Below, piece by piece: positions 9,570 through 17,458 of a stretch of 64,000 nt of DNA; within the stretch, counting starts at the first letter, position 1, and every line of letters begins with the position of its first letter. The notes under the pieces are model-generated. The model had not been told where the DNA came from. It worked only from the letters and a program-made list of their open reading frames with translations, and made no database searches. The DNA is from Myxococcales bacterium (GTDB lineage Bacteria; Desulfobacterota; Binatia; HRBIN30). The translations under genes were made by a program, and so were the position numbers. The stretch spans positions 1 to 64,000 of the forward strand of contig JBBILD010000015.1 in the NCBI GenBank assembly GCA_037445065.1, in the 5' to 3' direction.

Positions 9570-10127
9570 ATGAATGCTGACCAGAGAGCGGGCAAAACCG
9601 CAGGGTCTCTACCCCGCGGAGGAGGTCAACCTAGCCCCCGGTATCGGGCCAGCTTTTATCCCATGCGTCTGGGGTTGCTGTGCGTAGGGCAGAACTTCAT
9701 GCCGATTGCTTGGTGGACGCCCGTTTCAAAGCACCCGTTTCGGTTTTTATTGGCGGTGGACCGCAAAAACTACTCCTTGAAACTCTTGCGCGAGAACGGG
9801 GAAGCAGCCTTGTGCTTTTTGCCCTGGGAGGAACGGACGTGGGTGGTGCAGGCTGGTTACCTGACCGGTCGGCGGTGCAGCAAAGCGGAGCGTCTGGGCG
9901 TGCGCTTACGCCCGGCCCACGCATTAGAGTTTACGTTCGTCCCAGAACATGCCACCGCGGTGTACGAGATGCGGGTAGAGGAGCTACTCAGTGACGGCGA
10001 CCATGCTCTCTTCTTCGGAAACGTGCTGCACGCGGAGGGATGCCCAGGAGGGAAGATGTCGCCAATTTTGTTTATGGGTTTCCGGGACTTTGCCACGTTG
10101 GGCCGGACCTGGCGTTGGCCGGGTTGA
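9570..10127 (+). CDS. Flavin reductase-like FMN-binding protein
   Basis: NFMPIAWWTPVS..P, NYSLKLLRENGE, GDHALFFGNV; GGGGAG RBS. Confidence 0.8.
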   Translation: MNADQRAGKTAGSLPRGGGQPSPRYRASFYPMRLGLLCVGQNFMPIAWWTPVSKHPFRFLLAVDRKNYSLKLLRENGEAALCFLPWEERTWVVQAGYLTGRRCSKAERLGVRLRPAHALEFTFVPEHATAVYEMRVEELLSDGDHALFFGNVLHAEGCPGGKMSPILFMGFRDFATLGRTWRWPG

Positions 10128-10151
10128 CGACCTGGTACCCCGGAAAGAGAC

Positions 10152-10965
10152 TTAGGGACCGCCCCGTCCGGGAAAAGAAGAACTGCGTTGCTCCGCTTCG
10201 CGCGCGATCGCGCGCACAAGGTCGCTGAAAATCACGCGGTGAAATGGGTAGAGGAACCACCAGTATCCCAATCCAAGGAGTCCGCGCGGCTCGAAGTATG
10301 CCGTTTGGACGAGTTGGCTCACGCCTTCATCTTTCGGCAGCACCTGCCACTCCAGCCGCGCGCGACCTGGAAGCCGCATTGCGGCCCGTAGCCGCAGAAG
10401 TGCCGGCGGCTGCACAGCCGCCACCCGCCAGAAATCCACCGCTTCTCCAGGCAGGAGTTCGGTGGGATGCCGCCGGCCACGGCGCAGGCCCGGCCCTCCG
10501 ACGAGCCGATCGAGCAGGCCGCGGATCACCCACGCTGCATTCCACACTAACCAACCTCGCTCCCCGCCCAATTGCGAGAACACTTGGAAAACGGCTTCGG
10601 TATTTGCCCGCACCTCGACTGCCCGCACCTCACGGATGACCCCCCTCCGTGTCTCCGAGTTCGAAGCTCCTGCCGACGAGAGCTGCGGACCAACGGGTTT
10701 CGACTGCTCCCAGTGCGGTTCGCTCCACCGCGACCCGCACTGCGTCTCGGTATGACATAGGCTGGACTTCAGGGAAAATCCGCTGCGCTATGCTCGTGTC
10801 GGCGATGAGCGGCGTGAGGATTCCTTCGACGAGTGCCAAGCGCCAGACGGTAGGGGATAGGAGCGACCAAGCCCACCCAAGGGGCCGCTAGCCGGGGGGC
10901 AACACAGGCACCGGGAGTACGAGACGCTCTAGCCCGCGCATCCGGGCGTACTCTTCCATCATGCC
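10152..10965 (-). pseudogene. Truncated, frameshifted YbjT-like SDR/DUF2867 oxidoreductase
   Basis: Consecutive fragments in different frames: MMEEYARMRGLERLVLPVPVL / LAAPWVGLVAPIP / LVEGIL...VETRWS / GGERGW...RRGRRHP..GEAVDFWRV..MRLPGRA.L...PRGLLGLGYW; N-terminal Rossmann part absent. Confidence 0.8.
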
Positions 10966-11020
10966 TTTAACGGCAGGCTTGTGCTCGCCACTTCGGCCGC
11001 TCGGTGGGCAGATGCCTCCG

Positions 11021-11980
11021 TTACTTGATCGCCTGCGGATTGACCGGCGAACCGACGGCGCCGGTAATCGGAAGCGGTGGGGCCACAAAGAGAAATTCGT
11101 ACACACCGTCCTCCGCGCAATCGGTAGCAAGCGCCTCCAGGTCGAAAATCTCACCAACCAGCATCCCCATGTGCACGATTGCAACGCAGTGGAGCGGCTG
11201 AAAGCAATCCGGCGTCTCATTGGGTAGCACTTCCGTACCCCAGGTGTCGGTGGCGTATCCCGCGACCTCGGTGCGGGCAAGCCACTCGGCGCAGCGCAAG
11301 CTCAACCCTGGAGCGGGACCGCCCGCGTACTGTCCCCAGCTTCCCTGTTGGCGGACTTGTGCGATCTGCCCGGTCCGCACCAGCACGATGTCCCCCCGCT
11401 CGATGCGCACCGACTGCCGCTCTGCTGCCGCATCGAGGTCTTCGGGATAAATCGCTTCTCCCGCTTCGAGATACGGCTGGCCTTTCAGGCGCGGAATGTC
11501 GAGGAGGACTCCGCGCGTAACGATGTGCTGGCGCAGTCGGTCGATCGAATTGGCCCGCGCGCCACTGCTCGTTACCCACTCTGGCCCGCGACCGTTGTAC
11601 ATCTTGCCATCGAAAAAAATGTGCGCGAGCGCATCCCATTGGGTGGCGCACTGCAACGGCATGGTCACCGCATCGTCGCAGTAGCGCAGCCCAGGAATGA
11701 AATCCTGCGCCCCCGAGGCAATGTCGCCTCCGTCTTGCAGCATGTAATGCAAGGGGTTCACACGCCCTGCAAAACCAGTTTGTGGTCCTTGCGCATCGAA
11801 CGGAATCGCCAGCGAGAACACCTTGCCGCGGCGCACCAGGCGTGCTGCGGCGACGATTTTCTCCGGCGTGATGTAATTGACTGTTCCGAGTTCGTCGTTT
11901 GCCCCCCATTTGCCCCAGTTCGAGAACTGCGTTGCGAGGCGGCGAACATCCTCGATCGTGAACGTGTGTTGACTCGTCAT
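11021..11980 (-). CDS. Cyclase family (kynurenine formamidase-like) metal-dependent hydrolase
   Basis: NWGKWG..DELGT.N, Q..TQWDALAH, RGVLLD, GDIVLVRTG, GEIFDLE.LA.DC, GAVGSPVNP. Confidence 0.92.
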   Translation of the reverse strand: MTSQHTFTIEDVRRLATQFSNWGKWGANDELGTVNYITPEKIVAAARLVRRGKVFSLAIPFDAQGPQTGFAGRVNPLHYMLQDGGDIASGAQDFIPGLRYCDDAVTMPLQCATQWDALAHIFFDGKMYNGRGPEWVTSSGARANSIDRLRQHIVTRGVLLDIPRLKGQPYLEAGEAIYPEDLDAAAERQSVRIERGDIVLVRTGQIAQVRQQGSWGQYAGGPAPGLSLRCAEWLARTEVAGYATDTWGTEVLPNETPDCFQPLHCVAIVHMGMLVGEIFDLEALATDCAEDGVYEFLFVAPPLPITGAVGSPVNPQAIK

Positions 11981-11995
11981 ACGTTTTCTCCTCAC

Positions 11996-12835
11996 TCACC
12001 GGTGCAGAAAGACCGGGCAGCTCGCATTCCGCAACACGTACTCGGTGGTGCTCCCCAGCACAAGCTCGATGATGCGGCTGTGCCCGTACGCGCCGATGAA
12101 CAGCAGATCGTGCCGGTGTTCGCGCAAGAAATTGGCAATGCGCTCGGGGGCATTACCGGTCTGCTGGAACTCGAAGCGCAGGGAGACCCCGTACGGTCGG
12201 AGGTACGCCTCGGCTTCTGCCAGGATTTTGCGCCCCTGCTCTTCGTCGCGGTTCACCGTAAGCACGGTCAGCGGTAGCTTGAGAGTCGCGCAAAACTCTG
12301 CCGCCGACTGCATCGCGCCGGAAGCCCGCTGGCTGCCGTCGTAGGCGAGCAAAGGATTGGCGATTTCCCGAAACGGTAAGGGGCAGACGAATACCGGCTT
12401 GGGGGAACGCCGGGTGACGTTTTCGGCGGTGCTGCCGAGGAGCCCGGTAACGAACTTCTCGTTGACCCCGCGATGGCCGATGACCACTAGGTCGGCGGTC
12501 TTGGCATTCTCCGCGATCTCGTTGGGCACGATGCCCATGGTGAGGCGGGTGTCGTGGCGCACCCCGGCAGTGGTGGCTTGCGCGCGGAACTCCTCCAGGA
12601 TGCCCCGCCCGCGTTCGTGCAGCACCTCGCGCATTTTCGAGGAAAAGTCGAGGTACGGTTCGAAGCCGAGCGAGCCAGAGATGTCGTGGAAAAACGATCC
12701 CTCGATCGACACGATGTCCACTACATGCAGTCCCACCACCACGGCGTCGAGCTTCTCTGCCAGCCAAATCCCGTAGCGGGCCGCGGTGCGAGAATGCTCC
12801 GAGCCATCGAGGCCGACAAGGATGGTTTTGATCAT
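11996..12835 (-). CDS. Universal stress protein (tandem UspA domains)
   Basis: ILVGLDGS, DLVVIGHRG..LLGSTAE, AYDGS, GAYGHSR..LVLGSTT. Confidence 0.95.
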   Translation of the reverse strand: MIKTILVGLDGSEHSRTAARYGIWLAEKLDAVVVGLHVVDIVSIEGSFFHDISGSLGFEPYLDFSSKMREVLHERGRGILEEFRAQATTAGVRHDTRLTMGIVPNEIAENAKTADLVVIGHRGVNEKFVTGLLGSTAENVTRRSPKPVFVCPLPFREIANPLLAYDGSQRASGAMQSAAEFCATLKLPLTVLTVNRDEEQGRKILAEAEAYLRPYGVSLRFEFQQTGNAPERIANFLREHRHDLLFIGAYGHSRIIELVLGSTTEYVLRNASCPVFLHR

Positions 12836-12871
12836 GGCTTGCTCCTACCACTGGCTTGGCGCGCCCGACAA

Positions 12872-12917
12872 GCGCGGCGCGGCGGTTGAGAGCGGCGCGG
12901 CGCGGCGGTTGAGAGCG
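12872..12917. repeat. Perfect 23-bp tandem duplication in a divergent promoter region
   Basis: GCGCGGCGCGGCGGTTGAGAGCG at 12872-12894 and 12895-12917. Confidence 0.9.
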
Positions 12918-12947
12918 GCGCTGCACCGCGGTAGATTGCGTTCCGTC

Positions 12948-13277
12948 ATGGTGCTGGCAAAGGGCACGCTCCGGAAGGCCCAGATTCGCGACTTGCTCGA
13001 AGAACTCAAGGCAGTGGCAGAGCGCTGCGGTTATTGGGTGCGCGAAGAAAAGCTGCTGCGCGATGTCGGCTACCGAGTGCGCAGCGGCGGCTGTCGCCTG
13101 CGCGAGCGCCGGCTCATTTTGCTTGACCGTGAAGCGCCGGTTCAGGCGCAGCTCGATGCGCTGGTGGAAATCCTCGCCGCAGAGTCGGTGCCAGAGGGCG
13201 AACTAAGCCCGCAAGCCGCTCGGCTGCTCGCCCAGGCCCGGCGACCGCCGCTACGCGCCGCGGGTGCAAGATCATGA
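12948..13277 (+). CDS. Hypothetical protein
   Basis: LLEELKAVAERCGYWVREEKL...RSGGCRL...ILLD; ATGA overlap with the Fur-family gene. Confidence 0.75.
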   Translation: MVLAKGTLRKAQIRDLLEELKAVAERCGYWVREEKLLRDVGYRVRSGGCRLRERRLILLDREAPVQAQLDALVEILAAESVPEGELSPQAARLLAQARRPPLRAAGARS

Positions 13278-13876
13278 AGCGCAAGCCCGCCGCCTCGCTG
13301 CCGGCTGCGGCTCCCGAGTCGGTCGCCGAACGCTTCCGGGTCTTCCGCGAACACCTGCACCGGCTCGGACTCAAATGGACCGCGCAGCGCGACGACATCG
13401 CGCAGGTGTTTTTTGCGAGCAAGCGCCACATCAGCGTCGAGGAGCTGTACCACGCCGTCAAGCGCGTCAACCCGCGCATTGGGTACGCCACCGTTTACCG
13501 AACCATGAAGTTGCTCACCGAGTGCGGCCTGGCCATCGAGAGCCACTTCCTCAACGGGGAGGCTCGCTACGAGAGCACCGAAGGCCACCACCACGACCAC
13601 CTGATCTGCACCGAGTGTGGCACGATCGTGGAATTCGAAGAAGAGCGCATCGAAGCGCTGCAGCGCGAGGTGGCGAAGCGTGCCGGCTTTTTGTTTACTG
13701 GTCACCGCATGGAGCTCTATGGGGTATGCGCCGCGTGCCAAAAGACCGCCCCCACTGAGCGCAGGCGAGGCGAGGAGAAAGGACTCCGCGAAGATGAACG
13801 AGCTCACTCCTCAGCAGGTACAAGCGCTCATCCAGCAGGGCGAGCGGCTCGTGCTGCTGGACGTGCGCGAGCCTGA
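13274..13876 (+). CDS. fur: Fur family transcriptional regulator
   Basis: GLKWTAQR, H.SVEELY, IGYATVYRT, HHHDHLICTECG, C-terminal CAAC; subfamily (Fur/Zur/PerR/Nur) unresolved. Confidence 0.9.
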   Translation: MKRKPAASLPAAAPESVAERFRVFREHLHRLGLKWTAQRDDIAQVFFASKRHISVEELYHAVKRVNPRIGYATVYRTMKLLTECGLAIESHFLNGEARYESTEGHHHDHLICTECGTIVEFEEERIEALQREVAKRAGFLFTGHRMELYGVCAACQKTAPTERRRGEEKGLREDERAHSSAGTSAHPAGRAARAAGRARA

Positions 13877-14111
13877 GGAGGTGGCGGTCGTCCGCCTCCC
13901 CGGCTCGCTCCATATCCCCATGGGCGAGGTGTTCTCGCGCCTGCACGAACTCGACCGCGGCGCGCACATCGTGGTGTACTGCCACCACGGGATCCGCAGC
14001 GCGGCAATTGCCGCGCTCTTGCAGGAGCACGGGTTCGAGCATGTGTCGAACCTGGCTGGCGGCATTGACGCGTGGTCCCAAGCTGTTGATCCGAGCTTGC
14101 CACGCTACTGA
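13794..14111 (+). CDS. Single-domain rhodanese
   Basis: LLDVREPEE, active loop YCHHGIRS, NLAGGIDAWS..VDPSLPRY. Confidence 0.92.
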   Translation: MNELTPQQVQALIQQGERLVLLDVREPEEVAVVRLPGSLHIPMGEVFSRLHELDRGAHIVVYCHHGIRSAAIAALLQEHGFEHVSNLAGGIDAWSQAVDPSLPRY

Positions 14112-14228
14112 GAACCCACACATCCACGCGAGCATCACAGCGAGGTCGGCCGTGCCTTCGCAGCCGCCGCGGGGCGTACGCTTAGCGCCCGCGGGATGTA
14201 ACCTGGAAGGGGGACTGCCCGGATGCTC

Positions 14229-15179
14229 CTACACTGGGAGCCCGGTGCTGTGCGGGAGACCTAGCATGAGATTGAGGTTCTGAATCGCGACTCCGGCAGC
14301 TCCCTTGCCGAGGTTGTCGAGCACCGCTGCCAGCAGCAGGTGGCCTGAAGGGTGCGGAACGATGTGCAGCTCGATCCGATTCGTGTCGTTACATGCGAGC
14401 GGGCTCAGCGTGCGCTCGTCAATCGCGCTTGCCGGTTCGTACGCGGTCACCCGTATGAAGGGCTGATCGCGGTAGCGAGCCGCAAAAATCTCGGCGGCGG
14501 CGTGTGCGGGTACGCGCAGCCAGCGCTCGTGCACGAGGATTTGGACGCGCATCCCGCAGCGAAACGGCCCGACCGCGGGCACGAAGTACGGCTCGGTGGT
14601 GAGCCCGGAGTACCGCATCATTTCCGGGATGTGCTTGTGCACTCGGTGCAGCGCATAGGGTGCTTCGTACGGAAGTTGGATGAGTGGGTCGGCTGGGTCC
14701 TCCCAGCGCTCGATCAAGGCGCGGCCGCCTCCGGAGTATCCGGACAGGGCATGGCACACGAGCGGCTGATCAGCGGCGAGGACCGCGCCTTCCACCAGCG
14801 GCCGAACGAGCAAAACGAAGGCCGACGCGTAACATCCCGGGTTCGCGACCCTGCTCGCGGAGCGGATGCGCTCCTCCTGTTCCGCGCTGAGTTCTGGAAG
14901 CCCGTACACCCAGGCGGGATCCACTCGATGCGCAGTGCTCGCATCGATCACTCGCGTACCCGCCTCTTCTGCCCACTGAGCCGCCTCTCTTGCCGCTTCG
15001 TCCGGTAAGCACAACACGACCACGTCTGCCTCGGCGATGGCAGCCTTGCGGGCCAGCGCGTCCTTGCGCCGCTGGTGGGGTAGGACAATCAGTTCGAGGT
15101 CGCCGCGCCACTGCAGCCAGTCGCGAATCCGCAGGCCGGTGGTGCCTTCTTGGCCATCAACGTAAACTTTGGGCGGCAT
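14229..15179 (-). CDS. argC: N-acetyl-gamma-glutamyl-phosphate reductase (type 2)
   Basis: VYVDGQEGTTGLRI, IDASTAHRV, ANPGCY, SGYSGGGR, LDNLGKGA.G.A.QN. Confidence 0.95.
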   Translation of the reverse strand: MPPKVYVDGQEGTTGLRIRDWLQWRGDLELIVLPHQRRKDALARKAAIAEADVVVLCLPDEAAREAAQWAEEAGTRVIDASTAHRVDPAWVYGLPELSAEQEERIRSASRVANPGCYASAFVLLVRPLVEGAVLAADQPLVCHALSGYSGGGRALIERWEDPADPLIQLPYEAPYALHRVHKHIPEMMRYSGLTTEPYFVPAVGPFRCGMRVQILVHERWLRVPAHAAAEIFAARYRDQPFIRVTAYEPASAIDERTLSPLACNDTNRIELHIVPHPSGHLLLAAVLDNLGKGAAGVAIQNLNLMLGLPHSTGLPV

Positions 15180-15213
15180 GCTCCGGTTCGGATAAACGAG
15201 GGCTCCTCTTCCC

Positions 15214-16602
15214 TCAACTCGGCGGCGCCGCTGGTGGCCGATACCCAGGAGGAGGGAGCTGAGCCGCCACGGTTGCGAGCGCCCGATCCAGGATGGAGAC
15301 GATTTGCTCGAGGTCCTTCCGACCCGCCACCAGCGGGGGGCATAAAGCCAGCACGTCCCCACTGGCGCGCACGATGAGGCCGCGCTGGAGGCATGCCTCG
15401 CGTACCCGTATGCCCACCTGCCAGCCTGTAGGGAAAGGCTTTTTGGTGACGCGCTCTGCCACCAGTTCGATTGCCGCCATGAGCCCGATCGAACGCACGT
15501 CGCCAACGATCTCGTGCTGGAACAAGTTGCGGAGCTGCTCCGCAAAAAACCCTTCGAGTCGGCGCGCCCGGCTCAGCAAGCGTCTCCTGCGCATGAGGCT
15601 CAGGTTCGCGAGCGCCGCAGCGCACACCGCTGGGTGTCCAGAGTAAGTGAAACCGTGATGGAGCGAGAACTCCGGACCGGCATCCACAAAAGTCCGGTGG
15701 ATTTCTTCCTTCATCAGCACTCCGCCGAGCGGCAAGTAGCCGCTAGTGATGCCCTTGGCAAAGGAAATCATGTCGGGAATCACTTTCCAGCGCTGGATGC
15801 CGAACGGATAGCCGAGCCGCCCGAAGCCAGTGATGACTTCATCATAGACCAGGAGGATGCCGTAGCGATCGCAAATCTCGCGAATGCGGGCGTGGTAGTC
15901 GGCAGGGGGCACGATGACACCGCCCACGCCTTGCACCGGCTCGGCGAGAAACGCACCGATCCGGTCGGCTCCCTCCCGCTTGAGCAGTGCTTCCAGTTCA
16001 TCAGCGCAAGCCAGGCGGCATTGTGGGTAGTGCAAGGAGAGGTCGCAGCGGTAACAGTGCGGCCGGGCGATGCGCAGCACGCCGTCGAGGAGCGGCTCGT
16101 AGTGTTGGTGGAAGTAAGGAAGGCCGGTGAGACTTGCTGCTCCAGTCGAAGACCCATGATACGCGCGGTTGAGCGTAACGATACGGTATTTCTCTGGCTT
16201 CCCCTTGAGGCGCCAGTAGAGGCGCACCAAACGAATCACCGACTCGTTGGCCTCCGATCCGCCAGAGGTGAACATCACCCGGGTGAGCCCGCGCGGCGCG
16301 AGTTGCACGATGCGGCGCGCGAGTTCCTCTGCCGGGCGGGAAGAGAACCCGAGCAGCGTAGGGGCGTAGGCCAGGTTGCGCATTTGCCGGTGCACAGCCC
16401 GCGCAATGCGGGCTTCGCCGTGCCCGATGGCCACGTTCCACAGCGACGACATCCCATCGATGTAGCGCCGCCCGTTGCGGTCCCAGACGTAAATCCCGCG
16501 CCCGCGAACCAGTTGTAAAGTGCCGCGCTCAGCGGTGAGCGCGGGCGACGTGAAGCCGTGTACTAAGTGGCGTGCGGCGCCGGGGGTCGCAGAATTTTTC
16601 AT
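15214..16602 (-). CDS. Class III PLP aminotransferase (omega-amino acid/polyamine type)
   Basis: YIDGMSSLWNV..GHG, SGGSEANE, YHGS, EPVQG.GG, DEVITGFGR, AKGITSGYLPLG, HGFTYSGHP. Confidence 0.93.
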   Translation of the reverse strand: MKNSATPGAARHLVHGFTSPALTAERGTLQLVRGRGIYVWDRNGRRYIDGMSSLWNVAIGHGEARIARAVHRQMRNLAYAPTLLGFSSRPAEELARRIVQLAPRGLTRVMFTSGGSEANESVIRLVRLYWRLKGKPEKYRIVTLNRAYHGSSTGAASLTGLPYFHQHYEPLLDGVLRIARPHCYRCDLSLHYPQCRLACADELEALLKREGADRIGAFLAEPVQGVGGVIVPPADYHARIREICDRYGILLVYDEVITGFGRLGYPFGIQRWKVIPDMISFAKGITSGYLPLGGVLMKEEIHRTFVDAGPEFSLHHGFTYSGHPAVCAAALANLSLMRRRRLLSRARRLEGFFAEQLRNLFQHEIVGDVRSIGLMAAIELVAERVTKKPFPTGWQVGIRVREACLQRGLIVRASGDVLALCPPLVAGRKDLEQIVSILDRALATVAAQLPPPGYRPPAAPPS

Positions 16603-16836
16603 TGCCTGACTCCTGTTGCTGCCTTGTGGATTTCGGTTCCTGCGCGTGCCGGTCGAGACCGCAGGCCCGTGTCTCTCTTCGCCGGCTCCTCCCCGCGCAT
16701 CCGCACCCCCAGGCTGGCTTTACGGGAGCTGCGCTGAACTGCGGCACGCGCCCCTTATACCCATTTCCCCGGAAAGATACGAGGGCTGCCGGGCGCTGGA
16801 CGCGATTTTTTTGCGTAGCTCGGGGGACTGCGGTTC

Positions 16837-16866
16837 TTGCCAACACATAGGCACCGATCGTAAAAG
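16837..16866 (+). promoter_or_regulatory. Putative sigma70-type promoter for the leader ORF/TonB receptor
   Basis: TTGCCA-N18-TAAAAG ending 13 nt before ATG 16880. Confidence 0.35.
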
Positions 16867-16879
16867 GGCTTCCACGTTC

Positions 16880-17356
16880 ATGCGGCGCAGGCGCACACAG
16901 CGACGAGTCGGTCTCGCGGTCCTTCTCGCCATGCTGGCGACCTGGGCCGTTTACCCGAATTCGAGGCTGCTGGTGCACCGCCATCCGGGGGGGACGCACG
17001 CACACCTGCACCTCGATCTTGCCAACCCTCGAGCCGCACACGGGGATGCGGAGGGCCAAGCGCTACCGTTTGCCAGCAACGGCGAAGAAGTCGAGCAGTT
17101 CACGGCCCCGGGGCAGCGCACCACTGCGGCCTCGGGACCGGCCTGGAGAACTCCTCTCTCGGACTCGCTCGACACGCACGCACACGTGTTCCACGCGGCC
17201 GTCCTCGAAGCCGCGAATGCGGTGGGGTGGCAGGGCCTGTGGCTGGGTCATCGTAACCCCTTGCTGTGGACCGCCGAACAGGCTGGCTGCGAGCCAGACT
17301 CGGCAATTGCCAATCCGCGCGCTCCGCCACCGCTCGCTCCTGCTGAGTCCATCTAG
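16880..17356 (+). CDS. His-rich leader protein with N-terminal signal/TM and C-terminal RAPP motif (DUF2946/CruR-like architecture)
   Basis: MRRRRTQRR + hydrophobic helix; HRHPGGTHAHLH and HAHVFH; ends NPRAPPPLAPAESI; directly upstream of the TonB receptor. Confidence 0.75.
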   Translation: MRRRRTQRRVGLAVLLAMLATWAVYPNSRLLVHRHPGGTHAHLHLDLANPRAAHGDAEGQALPFASNGEEVEQFTAPGQRTTAASGPAWRTPLSDSLDTHAHVFHAAVLEAANAVGWQGLWLGHRNPLLWTAEQAGCEPDSAIANPRAPPPLAPAESI

Positions 17357-17458
17357 ACGGACAACGCGGTTGGCGGCCGAGCACCGACACCGACGCCACC
17401 GCGTGAGAGAGTGCTGGGAGTGAACCCAGGTGGGGTAAGTGTGCACGCCTGGGGAGAT

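Noticed and set aside
16603..16879. Cobalamin riboswitch upstream of the TonB receptor
   Set aside because: No B12-box or other conserved core motifs recognised
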